A stretch of 30,646 nucleotides of DNA. Source: Patescibacteria group bacterium (GTDB lineage: Bacteria > Patescibacteriota > Microgenomatia > UBA1400 > MFAQ01). Shown in pieces: positions 17,003 to 24,722 of this stretch. Every line of letters starts with the position of its first letter. Position 1 is the first letter of the stretch. A model generated the notes under the pieces. It was not told where the DNA came from and did no database searches. It saw nothing but the letters and a program-made list of their open reading frames with translations. The stretch covers positions 1-30,646 of the forward strand of contig JBBTWQ010000041.1 of the NCBI GenBank assembly GCA_038062695.1, in the 5' to 3' direction. A program made the translations under genes and the position numbers.

Positions 17003-18478
17003 ATGTCCTACTCTGATTTGCTTGATGCGATCAAGCAAAATCAAATCAATGTCGACGAAAAACGTCTCCAAACGGTCTATGATTTTGCCGCCGCCGCTCA
17101 TCAGGGACAGGTGCGTAAGAGCGGCGACCCCTACATCAGTCATCCGTTGGCCGCCGCCGAAATTCTCGCCGGTTGGCGCCAGCCTCAACCAGTCCTCGAA
17201 GCCGCTCTGCTTCACGACGTCGTTGAGGACACCTCCCGCTCCCTCGAGGAAATCGAGCGTCTTTTTGGCCCCGAAATTGCCTTTTTGGTCGGCGGGGTGA
17301 CGAAAATCGGCCGGGTGAAATTGCGCGGCAGTACCGACACCGTTTTTGTCGAGAATTTGCGCAAGATGTTTGTGGCCATGGCCCGCGATATTCGGGTCGT
17401 CCTGATCCGTCTGGCCGACCGACTTCACAATATGCAAACCCTTGCTGCCGTTCCTCTGTCAAAACAGAAGCAAATCGCTCGGGAGACACTTGAAATTTAC
17501 TCACCACTGGCGGAAAGGCTTGGCATGGGTCAGCTGAAAGGGGATTTAGAGGATTTAGCTTTTCCTTTTTTGTACCCCAATGAGTATGAGCGACTTACGA
17601 AAGAAGCCGAAACCCGCATCAGGGTAGCAGAAAAAACCACCACCAAAGCAATTCAATCAATTAAAGAACTGCTCGCCGCCAACGACATCACCGCCGAAGT
17701 TCACGGCCGTCATAAACGGAAATACAGTCTCTACCGGAAGCTCAATCGCCCCGGCATTGATGGTGACTGGAGCAAAATCCATGACCTCGTCGCCCTCCGG
17801 ATCATTACCGCCACCAAACGCGACTGTTATGCCGCCCTCGGCCTCGTCCACGGCCTATGGCAGCCAGCCCCCGCTTTGGGCATTAGTGACTTTATCGCTC
17901 AGCCCAAACCTAACGGCTATCAGTCCATCCACACCAAGGTTTTCGACCACAAGGGCAACATCATCGAAGTCCAGATCAGGACACGGGAAATGCATGAAGA
18001 GGCCGAATACGGCGCCGCCGCCCACACCCATTATTCTGCCGCCAAAGAGACGGGTGCTTCTGACGAAAAATTAGAAAAGGGTCTTGCCTTCACTGTCAAA
18101 GAGAAAATCGATTGGATCCGGGAGCTGGCCAACTGGCAAAAAGAGACCGAAAGCAACGAGGATTATGTTAACGGCTTGAAACTGGACGCCCTGTCGGAAC
18201 GCATCTACGTTTTTTCACCCCACGGCGACGTTTACGATCTGCCCAAAGACGCCACTCCGGTCGATTTCGCTTTTGCTGTCCACAGCGATCTTGGCAACCA
18301 TATCCAAGGGGCGAAGGTCAATCAGAAAATTGTTCCTCTAAATTACCAACTTAAAAGCGGCGACCTGGTCGAGATCATCAAGTCGAAAGGAAAACACCTC
18401 CCCAATCGCGGTTGGTTACCCTTCGTCAAGACCAGCAAAGCTCGAAGTAAGATCACGAAACTCAACCGTCTTTCTTGA
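17003..18478 (+). CDS. rel: RelA/SpoT family (p)ppGpp synthetase/hydrolase (HD, synthetase and TGS; no ACT)
   Basis: RKSGDPYISHP, LLHDVVEDT, ADRLHNMQT, PKPNGYQSIHT, EVQIRT..MH..AEYG.AAH, TPVDFAFAVH. Confidence 0.95.
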   Translation: MSYSDLLDAIKQNQINVDEKRLQTVYDFAAAAHQGQVRKSGDPYISHPLAAAEILAGWRQPQPVLEAALLHDVVEDTSRSLEEIERLFGPEIAFLVGGVTKIGRVKLRGSTDTVFVENLRKMFVAMARDIRVVLIRLADRLHNMQTLAAVPLSKQKQIARETLEIYSPLAERLGMGQLKGDLEDLAFPFLYPNEYERLTKEAETRIRVAEKTTTKAIQSIKELLAANDITAEVHGRHKRKYSLYRKLNRPGIDGDWSKIHDLVALRIITATKRDCYAALGLVHGLWQPAPALGISDFIAQPKPNGYQSIHTKVFDHKGNIIEVQIRTREMHEEAEYGAAAHTHYSAAKETGASDEKLEKGLAFTVKEKIDWIRELANWQKETESNEDYVNGLKLDALSERIYVFSPHGDVYDLPKDATPVDFAFAVHSDLGNHIQGAKVNQKIVPLNYQLKSGDLVEIIKSKGKHLPNRGWLPFVKTSKARSKITKLNRLS

Positions 18479-18492
18479 TGTAAAATACCAAT

Positions 18493-19821
18493 ATGCAACG
18501 CACGCTCATAGCCGAAACAGTTAACCAAGTTGGCCAAACCGTTACCATCAAAGGCTGGGTCAATACCCGCCGCGACCATGGCAAAATCGTTTTTATTGAC
18601 CTCCGTGATCGGACCGGAGTCGTTCAGGTTGTCTGCACCGAAGCGGCCAATGATCTGCGCTCGGAATATGTCGTCTCCGTCACCGGAATAGTCAAAGCCC
18701 GGCCGGAGAAGTTGATCAACAAAAATTTACCGACCGGAGCAGTCGAGATTGCAGCGCAGGCAATAGAAATAATCAGCCCAGCCGAAGAACTGCCTTTTGA
18801 CATGGGCAAAGCAGTCCTGGACGTTGAGCTCCCCACCCTGTTGGACTATCGCGCTCTAACCCTCAGACACCCCCGGGTTCAGGCTATCTTCAAAGTCCAG
18901 GAGGTGGTAATTGATAGTTTCCGTGAAGCCCTCAAAGCCAAGGATTTCATGGAATTCCAGGCCCCCTGTATTACTCCGGCAGTTGCCGAAGGAGGAGCAG
19001 AGGTATTTCGTGTCAAATACTTTGAACACGAAGCCTACCTCAGCCAAAGTCCACAGCTATACAAATCGCTATTGGTGGGAGATTTTGAACGGGTTTTTAG
19101 TGTCAACAAAATTTTCCGCGCTGAACCCAGCGTTACCACCCGCCATCTGACCGAAGTAGTCAGTCTGGATGCCGAATTTGGTTTTATCGAGTCCTGGCTC
19201 GATGTCCTAGAAATGCAGGAATATGTCGTCAGGTTTATCTTTGGGCAGGTCGAGAAAAAATGCGCCAAAGAATTAGAATTGTACGCTGCCACTCTGCCGA
19301 AATTGGCCGACAAAATTCCCCTTATCAAGCTCCGAGATGCCCAGGAAATAATTTACAAACGTACCGGGCGAGATTGTCGTCAAGAAAAGGATTTATCTCC
19401 GGAGGACGAAAGAGAAATCTGCCGCTGGTCTTTGCAAGAGCGTGGTTCGGACTTAGTCTTCGTTTCCCATTTTATTACCAAAGAGAAGCCATTTTATATC
19501 TGTCCTGATCCCGAGGATCCCACTTACGTTCTTAGTGTCGATTTGATTGGCAGGGGAGTAGAGTGGTCAAGTGGAGGACAACGCCTGAATGATTACCAAC
19601 AGATATTAAAAAATGCCAAAGACTGGGGAGTAAAAGAAGAAGACGTGGAATTATATTTACAATCTTTTCGTTACGGAGTCCCCCCTCTTGGAGGATTTGC
19701 TCTCGGCGCCGAGCGGATGACCATGCATATTCTCGGGCTAAAGAATGTCCGTGAAGCTTCACTCTTTCCCCGCGATATGGAGCGCATCGACGTCCGCCTC
19801 TCCACCATCGAGGAGAAATAG
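18493..19821 (+). CDS. aspS: Aspartate--tRNA ligase, short archaeal/non-discriminating type
   Basis: OB fold GWV..RRDHGK..FIDLRD; SQSPQLYK; FRAEPS.TTRHLTE; SSGGQR; GVPPLGGFALGAER; 442 aa without a GAD insert. Confidence 0.9.
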   Translation: MQRTLIAETVNQVGQTVTIKGWVNTRRDHGKIVFIDLRDRTGVVQVVCTEAANDLRSEYVVSVTGIVKARPEKLINKNLPTGAVEIAAQAIEIISPAEELPFDMGKAVLDVELPTLLDYRALTLRHPRVQAIFKVQEVVIDSFREALKAKDFMEFQAPCITPAVAEGGAEVFRVKYFEHEAYLSQSPQLYKSLLVGDFERVFSVNKIFRAEPSVTTRHLTEVVSLDAEFGFIESWLDVLEMQEYVVRFIFGQVEKKCAKELELYAATLPKLADKIPLIKLRDAQEIIYKRTGRDCRQEKDLSPEDEREICRWSLQERGSDLVFVSHFITKEKPFYICPDPEDPTYVLSVDLIGRGVEWSSGGQRLNDYQQILKNAKDWGVKEEDVELYLQSFRYGVPPLGGFALGAERMTMHILGLKNVREASLFPRDMERIDVRLSTIEEK

Positions 19822-19842
19822 GTTTCTGCTAAGATTAAGTTC

Positions 19843-20781
19843 ATGAAAGTGAGTCCTTCTCCCCTCAAGTTTTTTAATTTTCTCGCCTTTTTGTCATTGG
19901 TTGTTGTTTTTGTTTTTCTCCCCACTATCCCCGGAAAAGAAGAACCAACCGTCAAGTCGGCCACCACCGCCAATCTTCTTTTGCCCCAGCCAAAACCCGG
20001 GTCGGTTGCCGCTCCATCGGTCTCTGCCCAAGCCGTTTACATTTTTGACCCCGATTCCGGCACCACCATCTACGAAAAAAATAGCGCTGACCGTTTATAT
20101 CCCGCCAGCACCACCAAACTGATGACCGCCCTGATCGCTCTCAAGATCTACGAACTTGATCAAGTTCTGACCGTCAAGACGGCGGCCAACGCCACCGGGC
20201 AAACGATGGATCTCGCCAGAGGCGACCAGTTGACGGTCGAAAACCTGCTCTACGGCCTGCTGGTTGACTCGGGCAATGACGCCGCTGTTGCTTTGGCGGA
20301 AAACTACTGCGCCCCGCAAAGCCCTCAGGGCGGCGTGGGGTCCTGCGGCTACAGCCAATTTATCGCCAAGATGAACGAAGAGGCGAAAAGGCTGGGACTC
20401 AGCGGTACCCATTTTGCCAACGTCACCGGTTTTGAGAATCCCGACCACTACACCACCGCCCGCGACCTGACGCTTATTGCTCGCGAGGCGATAAACAATG
20501 CCGTCATTAGAAAAATTGTTTCGACCAAAGAGGTTGTCTTTTATGACATTACCGCTAAAAAAAGATTTGCCTTCGAGTCCACCAATAAACTTTTGAGCCT
20601 CCCCGGGGTCCGCGGCCTAAAAACCGGTTGGACGCCGGCCTCGGGTGAATGTCTGGTTACTCTCGTTACCCGGGATGGTAAAAGCATTCTCCTCACCGTC
20701 CTCAATTCGGTCGACCGCTTCGGCGAATCGGAAAAGCTGATCAACTGGGTCTACGACAATTTTGACTGGAAAACAATCTAG
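19843..20781 (+). CDS. D-alanyl-D-alanine carboxypeptidase (peptidase S11)
   Basis: PASTTKLMT (SxxK), SGNDAA (SxN), GLKTG (KTG); N-terminal TM anchor. Confidence 0.95.
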   Translation: MKVSPSPLKFFNFLAFLSLVVVFVFLPTIPGKEEPTVKSATTANLLLPQPKPGSVAAPSVSAQAVYIFDPDSGTTIYEKNSADRLYPASTTKLMTALIALKIYELDQVLTVKTAANATGQTMDLARGDQLTVENLLYGLLVDSGNDAAVALAENYCAPQSPQGGVGSCGYSQFIAKMNEEAKRLGLSGTHFANVTGFENPDHYTTARDLTLIAREAINNAVIRKIVSTKEVVFYDITAKKRFAFESTNKLLSLPGVRGLKTGWTPASGECLVTLVTRDGKSILLTVLNSVDRFGESEKLINWVYDNFDWKTI

Positions 20782-20784
20782 CTC

Positions 20785-20808
20785 TGACACCGTGACACCG
20801 TGACACCG
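20785..20808 (+). repeat. Tandem repeat (TGACACCG)x3 between convergent genes
   Basis: Three exact copies fill the intergenic gap; a degenerate TGACACTG follows at 20820-20827. Confidence 0.9.
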
Positions 20809-21882
20809 TTACTTCCTAATGACACTGTCGGATACCGCGCTGACATAACCGACAAAACCGCGGTCGCCCAAGAAAAGGTAGATTGGCATGGCGTAGCTTT
20901 GCGAGGGCGAATCATAATAGCCCAGCAGTATTCTTCTGATCGTGATATTGCCCGTCTTCGGACCCTTGTCCGTTACCAAGCCGCCGCCGTTGCTGAATTC
21001 CTGCCAGGCCACCTCACCGGTTTTAATCGGGTAAGTTCCCATCTTCGCATAGTCGACGCTGGTGTAGTTATAGTCCAGGCCAATAATTTTGTCGGCCTGA
21101 TCTCTCGAACCGGAGACAATTGCCCGTACCAAACCGTAATCCGGTTCGGGTCGGTAGAAGGGGTAGCTGGCGAGAACCTTCTTGGTTTCCGCCTCAATTT
21201 CTTCATAATTATTTCTGAAAAAATCTATTTGGACAAAGTCCGCTTCCGAGAGAGAAATTGTCGGCGTCAATTGTCCGCCCACCGCCGCCAGGTAGGTTGC
21301 CTTTTGTTCTTGATCAATATCACCCCCGAGCAGGCCGCCCTTGCGCAGGTAATTGTTAATGTCCGTAATCACCTGCCGATCCGAAGTAAAACTGGACAAC
21401 GCCAACAAAGCCGGATTGGCCTGCCAGACCCTGGTCAGCTTAAAGTGACCGGAAACAATATCCATATTCAGTCGGGATGAGAGTTGGTCTTGGTTGGTCC
21501 AGATGTACTTGGTTTCCGTCGGCTGGTCCGGCTGAAAGAGGAATCCAAGCGCCCGGGCGGTTTCGATCGCCCTATCGGCATCGAGAAAGCCGCTCCTTTT
21601 GGTCGGGGCATAAAAGACTTTCATCCGGTCGGGAAACTCGGGAATCGCGCCGGTTGGCAGTTCCAGAGTTAGTTTTGGCCGCCCGGTTTCTTTAGGAAAG
21701 GCAATCGCAGGCAGCAACCCGAAATCCATCGTTGGCGCTGGCGGGGCGGGTGGGTTTAATGCTTGGTAATATCTGATTGCCGCGCCGCCTATAAACCACA
21801 ACAGCGTAATCGCCACAAAAGCAATTGCGCCATACTTAATGGCCTTTCTCGATACGACTGCCGTCTCGGTTAATGTCGCCAT
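20809..21882 (-). CDS. Hypothetical membrane-anchored protein
   Basis: 357-aa ORF from MATLTET; single N-terminal TM then Pro-rich linker; divergent from gltX. Confidence 0.8.
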   Translation of the reverse strand: MATLTETAVVSRKAIKYGAIAFVAITLLWFIGGAAIRYYQALNPPAPPAPTMDFGLLPAIAFPKETGRPKLTLELPTGAIPEFPDRMKVFYAPTKRSGFLDADRAIETARALGFLFQPDQPTETKYIWTNQDQLSSRLNMDIVSGHFKLTRVWQANPALLALSSFTSDRQVITDINNYLRKGGLLGGDIDQEQKATYLAAVGGQLTPTISLSEADFVQIDFFRNNYEEIEAETKKVLASYPFYRPEPDYGLVRAIVSGSRDQADKIIGLDYNYTSVDYAKMGTYPIKTGEVAWQEFSNGGGLVTDKGPKTGNITIRRILLGYYDSPSQSYAMPIYLFLGDRGFVGYVSAVSDSVIRK

Positions 21883-21911
21883 TCTTAAGTTCAAGTATAC
21901 TATTCTTCAGT

Positions 21912-23186
21912 ATGAGTCAGACTACAGTTCGTACCCGTTACGCCCCCAGCCCGACCGGCATCCCCCACATCGGTAATACCCGGACCGCTCTCTACGCCTT
22001 TTTGCTGGCCCGCAAATATGGCGGCAAATTCATTCTCCGCATTGAAGACACCGACCAAAAGCGGACCGTTCCCGGATCATTAGAAAAAATTTATGAAATT
22101 CAAAAATTCCTTGGCCTGACTCCCGACGAGGATCCCCAAAAAGGCGGACTATTTGGCCCCTACATCCAGACCCAAAGGCGCCAAATATATCAAAAATACG
22201 TCCAAGAGCTTGTCGCCAAGGGAGTCGCCTACGAAGATGAGGGCGCAATCCGTATCAAAATGCCAAAAGAGGGTTACACCACCTGGCACGATCTGGTTGC
22301 TGGAAAAATTTCTATCCCCAACAAAGAGGTGGATGACAAAGTTCTTTTAAAAAGCGATGGCGTTCCCACTTACCATCTGGCCGCCATGATTGACGATCAC
22401 CTGATGGAAATAAGCCATATTATCCGCGGGGTTGAATACATCGTCTCGACTCCGGTTCACCTGAAAATCTACGAAGCTCTCGGTTGGGAATTCCCCCACA
22501 TTGCTCACGTGCCGCTCCTTCTCGGGCCGGACCGGACGAAATTATCAAAACGCCACGGCGCCAAGTCGGTCCTTGAATACCGGGACGAGGGCTATCTGCC
22601 CGAGGCGATCAATAACTTTCTTTTTTACCTGGGCTTTTCTTACCAGGACAACTCGGCTCTTCTTTCCCTCGCCGACATGGCGAAAATCTTTGACGAGAAC
22701 AAGATCCAGAAACAAAATGCCATTTTTGATATCCAAAAACTAAATCACTTCAACAAAGCCTGGATCAAACGTCTTTCGGACGAAGACTTATTGGAAAGAA
22801 TTAAACCATTTTTGAAACATCAGGTCGCCGACGACACTCTTACGAAGATTCTCCCCCTAGTCAAAGAGCGCATCACCAAATTGGACGAACTGGACCAATT
22901 CATCACCTTCTTCTTTGACCGCCCGGAACCGCAAGTTCAAACCGACCAGACCAAAAAATATCTGGCCGACGCCCTCTCCGTTTTGGAAAAAAACGCTTGG
23001 ACCAAGGAAGCCATCGAAAGCGCTCTGGCCAATTCCGCCAATGAGAAAGGCTGGCACCGGGGCGACTATTTCATGGCTCTTCGCTTGGCCATTACCGGCA
23101 GTCGCGTCACTCCGCCCTTGACCGAATCAATGTTAATTATTGGTCAAGATGAAATCCTGGCCCGCCTAAAACAGAACTTAGCTTAA
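21912..23186 (+). CDS. gltX: Glutamate--tRNA ligase (short form)
   Basis: RTRYAPSPTG.PHIGN, ILRIEDTD, PTYHLA.MIDD, IIRGVE, KLSKRHG, RLAITG...TPPL; start MSQTTVR at 21912. Confidence 0.97.
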   Translation: MSQTTVRTRYAPSPTGIPHIGNTRTALYAFLLARKYGGKFILRIEDTDQKRTVPGSLEKIYEIQKFLGLTPDEDPQKGGLFGPYIQTQRRQIYQKYVQELVAKGVAYEDEGAIRIKMPKEGYTTWHDLVAGKISIPNKEVDDKVLLKSDGVPTYHLAAMIDDHLMEISHIIRGVEYIVSTPVHLKIYEALGWEFPHIAHVPLLLGPDRTKLSKRHGAKSVLEYRDEGYLPEAINNFLFYLGFSYQDNSALLSLADMAKIFDENKIQKQNAIFDIQKLNHFNKAWIKRLSDEDLLERIKPFLKHQVADDTLTKILPLVKERITKLDELDQFITFFFDRPEPQVQTDQTKKYLADALSVLEKNAWTKEAIESALANSANEKGWHRGDYFMALRLAITGSRVTPPLTESMLIIGQDEILARLKQNLA

Positions 23187-23187
23187 T

Positions 23188-24123
23188 ATGGATACCCCGG
23201 CCCTGGCCAGTTCTGCTCTCGGCGCTCTCCAAAGGAGAAAAGAGCTCCTTAACCAAAAACTTTTAAAACACAAAGCCGCCCGCAGTTTTTTTGGCAAGGC
23301 CTCCCTGATCGCCTACGACTTACGGCAGAAATCCACCCGTCTTCTCGCCGGCGCCGGTCTAACCGGGGCCCTTTTACTCTCTCCGATGGCCCTGCCTGCG
23401 TTGACCGGGCAAACGACCCGGGTAGTCAAAACCGAGACCACGGCCGCCGTCCTCATGCGCACCCTCGCCCCCATCACCCCCCATACCCCGGCCAAACTCG
23501 AAGAAGATCAAGCCAAAAAAATCGAATCTGCCATTTACGCCGCAACCGGTCTTCCCGCCAAAATGGTCCTAGAAGGCCAACAGCTCAATCACCAGGTCGG
23601 CTACATCGGTTACGAACAGCATTTACGCCGTTTTCCCGGTGATACCCTTCTTGAGCACGATGACGAGCAGATTGCCGGTATCGCTCCGGGCCTGGGAGCC
23701 TGGGGTTACTTCACCAGAAGCAAAAGCGAATTCACCACCCAGGATTACCTGCGGGAAAAATGGTATTCGGTTGCCCAAACTCTCTATCTGCCCAACTGGA
23801 ATACCGACTTTGTTCACCTGCGCGATTGGTACAAATATCGAAAGATTCTGGTCGTCAACCCGGCCAACGGCACCGCCGTCGTCACTGTTTTGGGCGATGC
23901 CGGCCCGGCCAAATGGACCGGCAAACAATTCGGCGGTTCCCCCGAAACGATGAAAGCCCTCAATCTGCACAAAGGGCCGCGCAAGGGCCTGGTGCTATTC
24001 TTATTCTTAGACGACCCGGAGAACCTCATCCCCCTGGGCCCGGTTACCCACGCCATCACCCCCGAGGTGGCCCGAAGGGATTCCTCGGGGGTGTCTGTTA
24101 TTCAACACAAAATAAACCCATGA
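23188..24123 (+). CDS. Hypothetical membrane-anchored protein with a possible RlpA-like double-psi beta-barrel C-terminus
   Basis: Hydrophobic LLAGAGLTGALLLSPMALPAL; VVNPANGTAVVTVLGDAGP resembles the RlpA V.N..NG..V.V...D.GP motif. Confidence 0.65.
   Translation: MDTPALASSALGALQRRKELLNQKLLKHKAARSFFGKASLIAYDLRQKSTRLLAGAGLTGALLLSPMALPALTGQTTRVVKTETTAAVLMRTLAPITPHTPAKLEEDQAKKIESAIYAATGLPAKMVLEGQQLNHQVGYIGYEQHLRRFPGDTLLEHDDEQIAGIAPGLGAWGYFTRSKSEFTTQDYLREKWYSVAQTLYLPNWNTDFVHLRDWYKYRKILVVNPANGTAVVTVLGDAGPAKWTGKQFGGSPETMKALNLHKGPRKGLVLFLFLDDPENLIPLGPVTHAITPEVARRDSSGVSVIQHKINP
24057..24093. repeat. REP-like hairpin at the 3' end of the 23188-24123 ORF
   Basis: CACCCCCGAGG (24057-24067) / CCTCGGGGGTG (24083-24093) perfect 11-bp arms; inner CCC-GAA-GGG. 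Confidence 0.85.
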
Positions 24124-24446
24124 GCATCCTCTTCTACGACCACCTGGTCGACAAAACCGAAGTCCTGCTTTTTATCGATCACCTGCCCGAGCCGGAGAAT
24201 CACAAGGGCAAGTTGAGACAGTTGGTGGATGACATTATTCACCAGGGCCTGATTGAATACATCCTCCAGAAACTCCATCCCCACCAGCACCACACCTTTC
24301 TAACCAGGCTCGAGGCCGCCCCCTACGACCCCGAACTTCTAAGTTATTTAAAGGACCACATCTCCCCCGAGTTTGAAAGCGAGCTCCAAAAAGAAGCCGC
24401 GAAACTAATCAGTATCATCAAAAAAGACCTCTCCACGCCTCTTTGA
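24120..24446 (+). CDS. Hypothetical protein (108 aa, helical)
   Basis: ATG at 24120 overlaps the upstream stop (ATGA); MSILFYDHLV...; codon style matches the core genes. Confidence 0.75.
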   Translation: MSILFYDHLVDKTEVLLFIDHLPEPENHKGKLRQLVDDIIHQGLIEYILQKLHPHQHHTFLTRLEAAPYDPELLSYLKDHISPEFESELQKEAAKLISIIKKDLSTPL

Positions 24447-24465
24447 GGTAAAATAGAGCCTGTAT

Positions 24466-24539
24466 TGCCGGATCGTCTAAAGGCAGGACAACAGGCTCTG
24501 AACTTGTTTATCTAGGTTCGATTCCTAGTCCGGCAGCCA
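24466..24539 (+). tRNA. tRNA-Gln(CTG), CCA encoded
   Basis: TGCCGGA...TCCGGCA-G-CCA acceptor; anticodon arm ACAGG-CT-CTG-AA-CTTGT; T arm CTAGG-TTCGATT-CCTAG; -10 TAAAAT at 24449-24454. Confidence 0.96.
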
Positions 24540-24626
24540 ACTTGGACACTGCAAGGTGTCCGTACTCTCTAAATGGACTCATACATCCTTCAAAAACCCT
24601 TATATTTTCTCTCAAGATTCGAACCG
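24532..24626 (+). repeat. 95-bp att-like module, copy 1 (overlaps the tRNA-Gln 3' end)
   Basis: Gapless alignment to 28315-28409, 72/95 identical by hand count. Confidence 0.9.
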
Positions 24627-24722
24627 TGACGATTACCCGAATAGCTGGAGGTTGAGCCTGTGGTGGGAAAAATATCGATTCCCTAGGAAAAATGTATACT
24701 TGCAACTTGAGTTTGCCTCCAG

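Noticed and set aside
20800-21480. 226-aa plus-strand ORF and other long antisense ORFs in the track
   Set aside because: Shadow frames of better-supported genes in GC-rich sequence; no motifs or independent start signals.
23760-24119. N-terminal extension of the 23760-24446 ORF
   Set aside because: It overlaps the 23188-24123 gene in another frame; the ATG at 24120 with an ATGA overlap is the plausible start.
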